From NCBI RefSeq assembly GCF_009914755.1, contig NC_060935.1: 64,000 nucleotides of DNA. The stretch is one strand, 5' to 3'. Position numbers and translations under genes: made by a program. Source of the stretch: the human T2T-CHM13v2.0 reference genome, Homo sapiens. The notes under the pieces were generated by a model. The model was given only the letters and a program-made list of their open reading frames with translations. It made no database searches and was not told where the DNA came from. Position 1 is the stretch's first letter. The number at the start of each line of letters is the position of its first letter. Positions 33,857-49,699 of the stretch are shown in pieces.

Positions 33857-34963
33857 ATGTCTATTCATGTCCTTATCCCACTTTTTGATGGTATTATTTA
33901 TTTATTATTGCTGATTTGTTTGAGTTCCTTGTAAATTCTGCATATTAGTTCTTTGTCAGATGCATATATTATAAAGATTTTCTCCCATTCTGCGGATTGT
34001 CTGTTTTCTCTCCTGACTATTTCTTTTCCTGCGCAGAAGTGTTTTAGTTTAATTAAGTCCCATCTATTATCTTTGTTTTTGTTGTGTTTGCTTTTGGGTT
34101 CTTGGTCATGAAGTCTTTGCCTAAGCCAATGTCTAGAAGAGATTTTTCCAATGTTACCTTCTAGAAGTGTTATTGTTTCAGGTCTTAGATTTAAGTCTTT
34201 GATTCATATTGAGTTGATTTTCATATAAGGTAAGAGATGAGGATCCAGTTTTATTCTTCTACATGTGGCTTGCCAATTATCCCAGCACGATTTGTTGAAT
34301 AGGTTGTCCTTTTCCCACTTCATGTTTTTGTTTGCTTTGTCAAAGATCAATTGACTTTAAGTATTTGCCTTCATTTGTGAATTCTCTAGTGTGTTCCATT
34401 GGTCTATGTGCCTATTTTATGCCAGTACCATGATGTTTTGATGACTATGGCCTTATAGTACAGCTTGAAGTTTGGTAATGTAAGGCCTCCAGATTTGTTC
34501 TTTCCAAAAAGCTCCTAGAACTGCTAAATGAATTTAGCAAAGTTTCAAGATAAAAAATTAATGTACATAAATCAGTAGCCCTGCTATACACTAACAGTGA
34601 CCAATCTAAGAATCAAATGAAGAACTGCACCCTTTTTACAATAGCTGCAAAAAATTTAATACTTAGAAATATACTTAACCAAGGAGGTGAAAGACATCTA
34701 CAAGGAAAACTACAAAACACTGCTGAAAAAAATCATGGATGCCACGAACAACTGGAAACACATCCCGTGCTCATGGATGGGTAGAATCAGTATTGTGAAA
34801 ATGACCATACTGCCAAAATCAATCTATAAATTTAATGCAATTCCCATCAAAATACCACCATCATTCTTCACAGAACTAGAAAAAACAATCCTAAAATTCA
34901 TATGGAACCAAAAAAGAGCCTGCATAGCCAAAGCAAGACTAAGCAAAAAGAACAAATGTGGAG
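33857..34963 (-). mobile_element. L1PB-type fragment with 5' inversion (34504-34963 is sense ORF2)
   Basis: Antisense ORF2 up to cctccagatttgttcttt, then sense ORF2 (ORF 34687-34983 [13 protein letters not shown]...[14 protein letters not shown]) ending aaagaacaaatgtggagg. Confidence 0.85.
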
Positions 34964-37440
34964 GTTTTTTGGCTTTTAAATAATGGCCATTCTGACTGGT
35001 GTGAGCTGGTATCTCATTGTGGTTTTAATTTGCATTTCTTTAATGATTAGCAATGTTGAGCACTTTTTCATGTGTTTGTTGGCCACTTGTATGTCTTCTT
35101 TTGAGAAATGTCTGTTCATGTTGCCCAGTTTTTAATGGGGTTATTTATTTTTTCTTGTTCAGTTGAGTTTCTTATAGATTCTGAATATTAGTCCTTTGTC
35201 AGATGCATAGTTTGCAAATATTTTATCTCATTCTGTAGGTTGTTTACTGATTACTCCCTTTGCTGTGCAGAACCTTTTCAATTAAGTCCCATTTGTCTAT
35301 TTTTGTTTTGGTTGCATTTGCTCTTACTCATAATTTATTTGCTTAGGCCAATGTCCTACAAAATTTTTCCTAAGCTTTCTTCTAGGATTTTTATAGCTTC
35401 AAGTCTTACATTTAAGTCTTTAATCCATCTTGAGTTAACTTTTGTAGACGGTGTGAGATAGGAGTCTGGTTTTATTCTTCTGCATATGGCTAGCCAGTTA
35501 TCCCAGAACCATTTATTGAATAGAGTGTCCTTTCTCCATTTTTTTTTTGTTGACTTTGTCAAATATCAGTTAATTGTAGGTATGTTGCTTTATTTCTGGG
35601 CTGTCTATTCTGTTCCATAGATCTATGTGTCTACTTTTGTATGAGTATCATGCTATTTCAGTTACTCTAGCCTTGTACTATAATTTAAAGTCAGGTAATA
35701 TGATGCTTCCAGTTTTGTTCTTTCTGCTTAGGATTGCTTTGGCTATCTGAGCTCTTTTTTGGTTCTATATGAATTTTAGTATTGTTTCCTAATTATGTGA
35801 AAATTGCATTGGTAATTTGATAGGTATTGCATTGAATCTGTAGATTTCCTTGGGAAGTATGGTCATTTTAACATTAATTCTTCCAGTCCATGCTTATGAG
35901 ATGTTTTTCCACTTGTGTCTATCATGTGTGATTTCTTTCATCAGTGTTATATAGTTCTCCTTGTAGATATCTTTTACCTCTTTGGTTAAACATATTCCTA
36001 GGTATTTTTTATGGCTATTGAAATGGGATTGAGTTATGGATTTTATTCTCAACTTGAACATTATTGATTCATAGAAGTGATACTGATTTTTGCACATTCA
36101 TTTCATATCCTGCAACCTTACCGAGGTCATTTATCAAGTCTAGGATTCTTTTGGCAGCATCTTTAGGGTTTTCTAGAATAAAGAGCATGTCATTAATGAA
36201 CAGGAATAATTTTACTTACTCTTTTCCAATTTGAATGACTTTTATTTCTTTCTCTTGCCTGATAGCTCTGGCTAAGACTTCCAGTAATATGTTGAATAGA
36301 AATGATGAAAGTAAGCATCTTTGTTTTATTGTAGCTCTTAGGGGGAATGCTCTCAACTTTTCTCCATTCAGTGTGGCATTGGCTGTGCATTAGTCATAGA
36401 CAGCTCTTATTATTTTGAAGTAAGTTCCTTCAATGCCTAGTTTATTGAGGGTTTTGAACATGAAGGGATATTGAACTTTATTGAATGCCTTTTCTGCATC
36501 AATTGAAATGATTATGTGGTTTTTGTTTTTAGTTCTGTTTATATGATGAATCACATTTATTGATTTACCTATGTTGAACCAGCCTTGTGTCTCAGAGATA
36601 AAACTTATTTGATCATAGAGGATTAGTTTTTTAATGTGCTGCTGGATTCAGTTTGCTAGTATTTTGTTAAGAATTTTTGCAACTATGTTTGTCAGGGATA
36701 TTGGTCTGTAACTTTGCTTTTGTTGTTGTGCTCTTGCCTAATTTTGCTATAGGGGGTGATAGTGGTTTCATAGAATGAGTTAGAGAGGAATCTTTATCCT
36801 TGATTTTTGGGAACAATTTTAGTAAGATTGCTGCCAGCTCTTTTTATATGTCTAGTAAAATTTGGCTATGAATCTGTCTGGTCCTGGGCTTGTTGTTGTT
36901 GTTGTCAGGAGATTTTAAATTATTGATTCAGTTTGACTACTCATTATTGATCTGTTCAGCATTTCTATTTATTCCTGGCTCAATCTTGGGTCATTGTATG
37001 TTTCTAGGAATTTATCACTTCCTATAGGTTTTTATAGTTTGTGTGCATAGAAATGCTCAGAGTAATCACTGATGATCTTTTGAATTTCTGTAGTATTAGT
37101 TGTAATGTTACCTTAATCATTTCTGGTTGTGCTTGTTAATAGCTTCTTTCTTTTTTCCTTGGTTAATCTTGCTAGTGATCTATCAATTTTTTTATCCTTT
37201 CAAATAATCAACTTTTCATTTCATTGATCCTTTGTGTCTTTTTTTGTCTCAATTCATTGAATTCTGCTCTGATCTTTGTCCTTTCTTTTCTTCTGCTAGT
37301 TTGGGGTTTGATTTGTTCTTGTTCATCTGATTCCTTGAGGCATGACATTAGGTTGTTAATTTGAGATCTTTTTATCTTTTTGATGTAGGCATTTAACACC
37401 ATAAACTTGCCTATAAGCACTGCTTTTGCTGTATGCCATT
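34964..37440 (-). mobile_element. L1PB/L1MA-type ORF2 fragment
   Basis: ORF2 remnants 35356-35562 ([16 protein letters not shown]), 35894-36097 and 37208-37420. Confidence 0.85.
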
Positions 37441-40400
37441 ACGGTCACAATTAAAAATAGAAATAAACAAAGAATCTATTCAACCATGTAAACACAAATA
37501 AAAAGCCATATCCATCATCATTTATTGGGTAATATGCATTGATTATAATTGATTATAATAAATCAGCATGTAATATATTCCAGACACAATGCTAAGTGCT
37601 TTACTTACATTTTACAGAAAAGGGTGTCGGGACAGAAAGTTTATATCATAATGTTTAGTTAGGGATTTCCACAAACCTGAGACATTTCTGGTGCTTCACC
37701 TACGTTCCCTCACTTAATCCTCATGAGGGAAATATTGTATCAATTACATTTTCAAATGAAGACAACAAGGCTCAGAGGGGATCATCAATTAAGTCTGAAG
37801 AACTAGTTTAAAGAGAAGCCCACTTGAATCTCTAAACAAGGAGGCAGAACTAGTGATATTCTTAAAGAACACTTTTCAGCTTATCACTATTCTGGGTCAA
37901 AAGAGATGATCTTTCTTTAAATTTGTTCTTTCCCCTTAACTCTGTTGCCCTTTGCTTGGCTACTATATGTAAAGAATGTAGTGAAGTCAGTGGTTTATTC
38001 ATTCCCACAGCTAGTGCTTACTGAGGACCTACTCTGCTAGCTGCTGGGGACTCTGTGATTGAAGATCTGCTCCCTATCCTAGCGTTGTAATAGTATATTA
38101 GTAGGCTAAAAGATAACAGCCATTTCCCGTATAGCATTTGTCCATATGTATAATCTCTTCAGCTGCATCCTGAGAGAGGTTTCACTGGTATCATATCTCA
38201 GCCTCAAGGCACTGACCACGTGAGCTCTTCCTTTACAGCTAATTGATCCAAGTGGCCCTGACTAGGTCTCTAACCAAGAGAAGGCTCTTTGGAGATAGAA
38301 CATTTTCAACAAGCGAAAACACAGAAAATCATGACACATTGAAACTTGCAGTGGAGGCTTGGATCATTTAATTTTTCTCTACTTCTACGAAAGATTTTTT
38401 TAACATTTCCAGATTAAAGTGGTTCACCTGAGTGCCCTGATTCATATACATACATTCACATACAAGTCAGGAGAGCAGGGCAAGATTCCAGTCAACCTGG
38501 AAATGTTGAAAAACATCAGATTTTACATAAAAGATATGTGTATTTTCTCCAAATCTACATGTGGTCATTCAAACATCAAACCAGAAGCTCTGGGAGTCTC
38601 ACTGAATTCTCGGTTTGCCTTGAAAAGTCATGTGACCTTGACAGCACTATTCATCAGCACTAGCTTCAGTTTGGCCTTTTTCCATTAGAATCTATTAGCC
38701 ATCAGTTTTTTCTTTCAAGACTACTATTCTGTGACTCCTGTATTTGATTTCTAAAAATGTCCTAGTCTCCCAGAGATTCCCACCCATGGGGTTTGACTTT
38801 GTATGTTACTGATGGACTAGGGTGCTTTACTCTCGCAGATATTAAATATTAACAGAGAAATATGGAGAATATGCAAGCTAAGAAAACTACACATACACTT
38901 ATTGTTTGGTAAGCAAGCAGATTTTTTTGTCCTACACTGGGTTACAATAAAGGCTATATTTATTTTCCTCATCTTAATGCGTTCTAGGATTACCTTTGAG
39001 TCCAGACAAGTAGAAAGGTGAAGACTTTTTTTTTTAAACATAGGCAACCCAACACACCAGTTGGTCCCAAAGAAGACGTGCACTTTCACGTGATTGAGAG
39101 GTGTGAGACTAGCCAGGCAGCAAAGGCTATTACCATCAAATTCCACTTCCTCACTTCCTTCCACTCCACCAAATCTAATCAGTAACCGCAGGGGAAGGGC
39201 AAAGGCATTTAGTAAGTATTGACACCCAGGATTCCAAGAAGCGTACCAAGCTTTTACCAGGACTGTTCAGGTTTTCAGAGACAAACCAATAGGAAATGAC
39301 TTTTTCTATTCCCAGCCCATCAAAAGAATGAAATAAAAATTGCCAAACTTGACTTGGCATGTGACCACAGTGCTGCCAAAGACAAGGGGTATGACTGAAA
39401 GGAGAAGTCAATAAACCTAAAGTCACCATCCACATCCAACCCACCCCACCACCCCCAACCCCACAAACATACACTGCTGCCTTCACCTCTTTTCCCAGTT
39501 TGACCAATGGGTAGTTATATGAGTATTAATCTCAGCAAGAGTCAAACTAAAAACACTGAGAACCATTAAAATTTTCCTCAGATGAGACCCTAAAGCATGG
39601 GAGATAATTCAATATGTTGTCATCAAACTATGGTAAAAACATTGTCTCTTAATTTCTGCCAAAGACAGCAACAAATCTCTCCTCAACTCTCTTAATCTCA
39701 TGCCAAATAAAACAGCAACTCTATTCCCCCAAACTCTAAACTCGTGTCAACCTGTTTGTGATGACGAAGTTAACAATTTGTAAATTTGAACTTCAAGTGG
39801 GTTATTCCTCATTTGGTAGAGACAAAACTTAATGAATTGGATGTGCTGATGGTAATCTCATGGATTTCACTGCAGCAGCTAATAGGATTATAATCACCAC
39901 ACATCATAATCTTCCATGCTTCCAGAACAGACTTGATGTCACCTAGATCTCTTCAAAGATGTTCCCAAACACAGACTACATTCATATTTGCTTAATCCAA
40001 CAACCCCTTTTCCAAGTGCTTTCAAGTATTTTCTGAGACAGGTTCATGACAATTTTGTAGTTACAATGGCATTAGAACATCTCATGTTTAGCTGGTCAAA
40101 AGGATTTTTCCAACCATTCGACCTAATGTGTACTCAAAATTATGTGGGAATCTATACCACATGAATTAGCAATTAACCCTAACTGTGATACAGAAGAGGG
40201 AGGGAAAGTCTATGTCTTCACTGAATTTCATGGTTCTTTATTACAAACTGCTAGAGGACATGTTCTTTGGTTGGTGCTGGCATCCTCATTAGCACTGAGC
40301 ACCACAGCTCAAAAAGCGTGGCTGAATCGATGTATATTGGTGACGTATATCACCAGGAAAAGAACTGCTGAGTTTTGTCACTAAACATCCTTCAGCCATT

Positions 40401-41269
40401 TTTTGGACCCATCTAGAGAACCAGACTCAAGACAGGTCAAAGTAACAATATGACATGAGGTGGATGAAGCCTTGGAGACAAAATGAATTGTCCTAGGGTC
40501 GCAATAGGAGACAAAGGTTAGAACTTAGAATGTGGGGGTCAGTAATTTAAGTACTGTAGTCCCCATGTCCCTTGCTCCTTTTAACCCTTTGAAACTAACC
40601 TACGGAGTTCTGCTTCCATCTCTCTTTTGTTTATGCAACTTTTGAACTGGGTTATTTCATTAATTTCAGGAACATTTATTGAGGACCTAATATGGGCGCA
40701 GCATATAGAAGGTAGTTTATACAATATACAGTTTTGAGTATATATAGTAAAGAAGTCGGGCAGAACTGAATTCAAACCTCAGTTCTACTTCCTACTAATT
40801 CATTACTTTAAGCAAGAGAATTGGTTTCTCTGTGCCTCAGTTTTATAATTTCCTCATCTACAAAACGAGAATAGTAATAGTGTATCTCTCACAGGGTTGT
40901 TATAAAACTATTGTAACTATCATTATTCTTATCATTGTACCACAACAAATGGTACAAAAGTATAACCATCAATCCCAGGAGAAAAGACACCCTATGAACT
41001 GAAAGAAATTAAATACCAAATGAGGTGGCATGTGCTGTATAAATTCGGAAGGAAAAGTCAGTGAAGGTTAGGGTGATCAATAAGGTTTCATAGAGAAGAA
41101 AGGGCTTCAGTTGTATTATAGAAAAGAATACACCATGAGAACAGGCAATAAACCATGAGCATTTGATCAAGAAAAGTGTGCTTGGAGAACATAAGAGTGG
41201 ATGTATTGAGGAATACATTTGAAGCTAGGCTGGGAAGGGATTGACTATCCAACTAATAATGATTTTTGA

Positions 41270-42700
41270 CTTCCATTCACTCATTCATTCAACAAGCATT
41301 TATTGAGTGAATATTACGGTCCCATGCATTGTTGCCTTGATGATGCAATCATAAGCAAGGCATGGTCTATTCTTGTGGAAATAAACTAATACCAACCAAA
41401 TGAGAAAAGCAAAGGTTATTTATTCTGAGCTTGAGAAATAATTTATTCTGAACAAGAGGATCAGCCACTGTCACTTGTATTTTTGCAGAAATGCAAAGGC
41501 AAGTAGAGGAGTGGGAATGGGAAAGCCTTGTAGTGGAAAAAATGGAAGGCTTCAGGTGTGCCCTGATTGGAGGCTATTGGCATGGGAAGCTGTAGGCAGG
41601 ATAACTAGAAATGGGTTTCCTGTGTTATTGGATAGGGGAGCATATTTGGTTTTCTCTGGTGGGTGGTAAGTTGGAAGTAGGAATAAAACTTAGGGAAGCT
41701 TTCAGTTTTTAATCAAGTCTTGGCCATTTTGGGCCAATTTTTACATGAGTTATTTTTTTAGCTTCCTGAATTGTCATTAAAGATAGCAATCTGGCTTCCT
41801 GCAAGTCTGACTTATAACAGGCTGGCTTCCTGAACTGTTTATTGCAGATAAGGAGGCTGGTTTCCTGGGCAGGTTGCTGCAGGTTCTGAGTCAGAATTCT
41901 ACTTTTATATATGGTTTAGTCATTGTCTGTTTGCATATTCAGCTTCTCAGTGCAGTGAAGAAAAAGACTAAAAAAGGTTGTTGGGGACAGGAGCAAAACA
42001 ACTACGTTAGAGTGTTATAGGGATGATGAAGTTGGGCTGGGAAAACCTACTTTGGATAAAGTAGTCAGAGAAGGCCTTTCTGAGGAGGTGACAACTATGC
42101 AGAGACCTTGAAAATGAGAAGAGGCCAGTCATTTTAGAAGCATAGGGAAGAACATTTCAGGTCAAAGGACAGAGAAAATACTACTTTGAGCTAGAAAAAA
42201 TATGGTGGGTTTAAATAAATTACAGATCAGTGCAGTTAGGCAGGAATAAGCAAGGAGAGACAGCAAGATAGGAGGTTTGAGAAGTAATTAAGATTCAGGT
42301 CAGACAGAACTCTGTGTGTCAAAGTGGAGAATAGATTCTATGAGAGCAGGGAGCTTAGGCAGAAAGCCTATTACAGATGATTTTAACAGCGCAGGTGGAA
42401 AGATGATGGTAGCGGTCTGGCTTAAGTTATGGGAAGTAGAGATGAAGAGAACAGTTCACTGATTCCTTGAGACATCTTGAAAAAAGAACAAAGAGCACCT
42501 CCTGATAGCCTGACTATGGAGGAAATGGGGAATGGTGATAAAGGGAGGAAATTAAATAACTCCAAACTTATGGGCTTGAGCAACTGAGTACAGGATTATA
42601 GCATTTACTGAGATGGGGATACAAAACACAAAGAAAAGTAAGTTATGGGGGTGAAAAATCAAGTTTATCTTAGGGATTGAGAAGGCCATTAATATAATAA
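41270..42700 (-). mobile_element. L2, interrupted by an LTR
   Basis: ttcattcattcaacaagcatttattgag; gtcagagaaggcctttctgaggaggtgaca; gcatttactgagatgggga. Confidence 0.75.
41373..41949 (-). mobile_element. ERV1 solo LTR, MER89-like
   Basis: TG...CA ends; reverse strand tgagaagctgaatatgcaaac...accatatataaaagtagaattctgac...aacctgcagcaacctgcccaggaaacc. Confidence 0.7.
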
Positions 42701-42925
42701 CAGCCATCTGGAGATAAGAGGCAGGACAGATTCAAAAGTCAGAGACCTCTTGGGCTTAGCCCACATTGACAGTTCACACCTTTTTAGTAGAGAAAATAGA
42801 CACTCAAATAAAGGACAAACAAGGAAGACAAAAGCTGCAGGAAAAAAAAAAAACTACAGATATTTAGCTAAGAATACCTGGCCTCAAAGTTGCTGGTCAG
42901 TTTAGCTTTTCAAAAATTGACAACA

Positions 42926-43269
<344 letters not shown>

Positions 43270-43429
43270 TTAACATTGTGTGGCCCAATTACCTAGTCTA
43301 TTGATTGCACTTGAAGCATTCATTGGTGATACAATCATGCAAGAAATGTTCCATTCTTGCTTATAGTCTAGAGAGGCAGAGAGAAGTGTCAGGTTCAAGT
43401 TAGCGACTAGTCATTTAAAAGAAGAAAGC

Positions 43430-43870
43430 CTCTCTTAGCTGTTGACCTTGCTTTCTACTTCATAGGGAAAATGAAAGCAATAAGAAGAGAACTTCTAGAT
43501 TCCCACAACATCTGTCAACCGCTAGCACCTAGAACCTCATGTTATGCCCTCCCTCCTGTTACAATTGGAAAATTGTTCATGCTTGATAACGAAGCCAGTA
43601 CCTTCACTCTAGATCCCATTCTTTCTCACCAATTCAAGGACATCTTTCCAGCAATTCTCTTCTCTCCTTTTTGTATAATTTCCATCAACCAATGAATTCA
43701 CTGCTCATGCTTCCATCATCAAAAAAATAATAATAATTACAAAACAAATTTTAAAACCTTTACTGAAGTAAGTGAACTCTGACTTGACTTCCCCCACCAG
43801 CAAATGTCTCATTTCATGGCGCTCATTTTCAGGAAACTCCTTGAGAGAGTTGTCTCTTTTTGATGACTAC
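43430..43870 (+). mobile_element. L2 fragment; resumes near 48576
   Basis: gaaaatgaaagcaataagaagagaactt...ctccctcctgttacaa...ctcaccaattcaaggacat. Confidence 0.6.
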
Positions 43871-44049
43871 AATTCCTTTCCTACTGTTTTATTTTTCATT
43901 TGCTCAGGTATATTGCAGTATAATTAGCATGCAATAAAGTTCACCCTTTTAAAGAATACATTTTCGTAAGTTTTGAAAAATATATTGGTCATGTAGCCAC
44001 TGCTATAATCAAAATATATAACATACATATCACCTCAAAAAGTTTCCTT

Positions 44050-48450
<4,401 letters not shown>

Positions 48451-48515
48451 TATTCCAATATCAAATGGCAAATTTCAACAATGCAAAAACTGCAATTACA
48501 TTTGCACCAATCTAA
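48451..48515 (-). mobile_element. Hsmar1 mariner 5' terminal fragment (single TIR)
   Basis: Reverse complement ttagattggtgcaaatgtaattgcagtttttgcattgttgaaatttgccatttgatattggaata matches the Hsmar1 left end; flanked by TA. Confidence 0.8.
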
Positions 48516-48779
48516 TATATACTTTTAGTTTCAAGGGTATATGTGCAGGCTGGAGATATATATATATATATCTCCTAAATCTGACTACTTCTTGTGTCTT
48601 CCACCTCTACCACTCTGGTCTAAGCCACATCATCATTTCTCTCTGAATTTCGGCAGTACCCATTAAGTAATCTCTTTGCACCCTTCTTGCCCTTCAATCT
48701 CAACACAATAGGCACCATGACTCTTTCCAACTCTACATCAGATCATATCACTCCTCTGCTTCAAACCATACAATGATTA

Positions 48780-49190
48780 ACAAAATCAAGCATGAGAAAA
48801 ACTATAGGTCAAATTGACTGAGTAATTCAACAGATAAATGGTAGGGAAAAGAAAGGGATAGAGAAATACCCATGGGTTAAAAGAGACTTCAAATACATAT
48901 CAAGATTAAACTACAGTGACTAGAGATGAGCTGCAAACTTGGGTGATGAAACATAGAGAAACCAGGAAAATGGTTAGTATAAAAGTTAGACTAGTGGTCA
49001 CATTTGGGCAGAGGCAGTGAACTCTGTTTGGGACACAGCCCATGGAACGGCCTCTGGGGAGAATGGCAAATTTAATTCTTGATCTGAGAAGTGGTTCGAA
49101 GAGCACAGCCCCATCATAACTGACTAAGCTATCCATTTGTTTTGCGTAGTTTTCTCTATTTGTATCTTTTATTTTTCAATAAAAACGTTA
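48780..49190 (+). mobile_element. L1MC/MD 3' end within an L2
   Basis: ggttaaaagagacttcaaatacatatcaa; gtataaaagttagactagtggtcacattt; tttcaataaaaa. Confidence 0.6.
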
Positions 49191-49699
49191 AAAGCAATCT
49201 TTGCAATGGCTTCCCACATCTCCTCAATTGAAAGCCAAAGTCCTTAAAACTGTTCACAAGGCCTTGAGGTATCTGGTCCATTGTTACCTCTTGGATCGGT
49301 TCCTTTCTTTGCTCACTTGCTCCTACTATACCTGCCTTTTCTCATTCTGTTTCAGCCATAGTTGACTGCCTGTTTTTTCTTGCACATTCCAGCACATCTG
49401 CTCTAGTTCTTTCCTCTGCCCAAACATGTCCTTGGCTAAACCCCTCAACTCTTCCAAATCTTCTCTTAGATTTCATGTCCTCAATGAGATGGATGTTGTT
49501 GACTATTTAATACAGCCATCTGCCTCCTACCTTAAGTTGCAGACCCCCTTACCCGTCTCTACTTCTGTTTCCCATATAACCTTCTATCATATAGACTTCA
49601 CTTATTTATTGGACCTTTTTTTTGGTGGTTTGTGACCCCACTAGAATGTGAGCTTCATGAGAACAGAGACTGTATGTTTTATTCACTGATGCACCCCAC

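Noticed and set aside
48451-48515. MADE1/miR-548-type hairpin
   Set aside because: Only one TIR is present, with Hsmar1 subterminal sequence, so no fold-back is possible.
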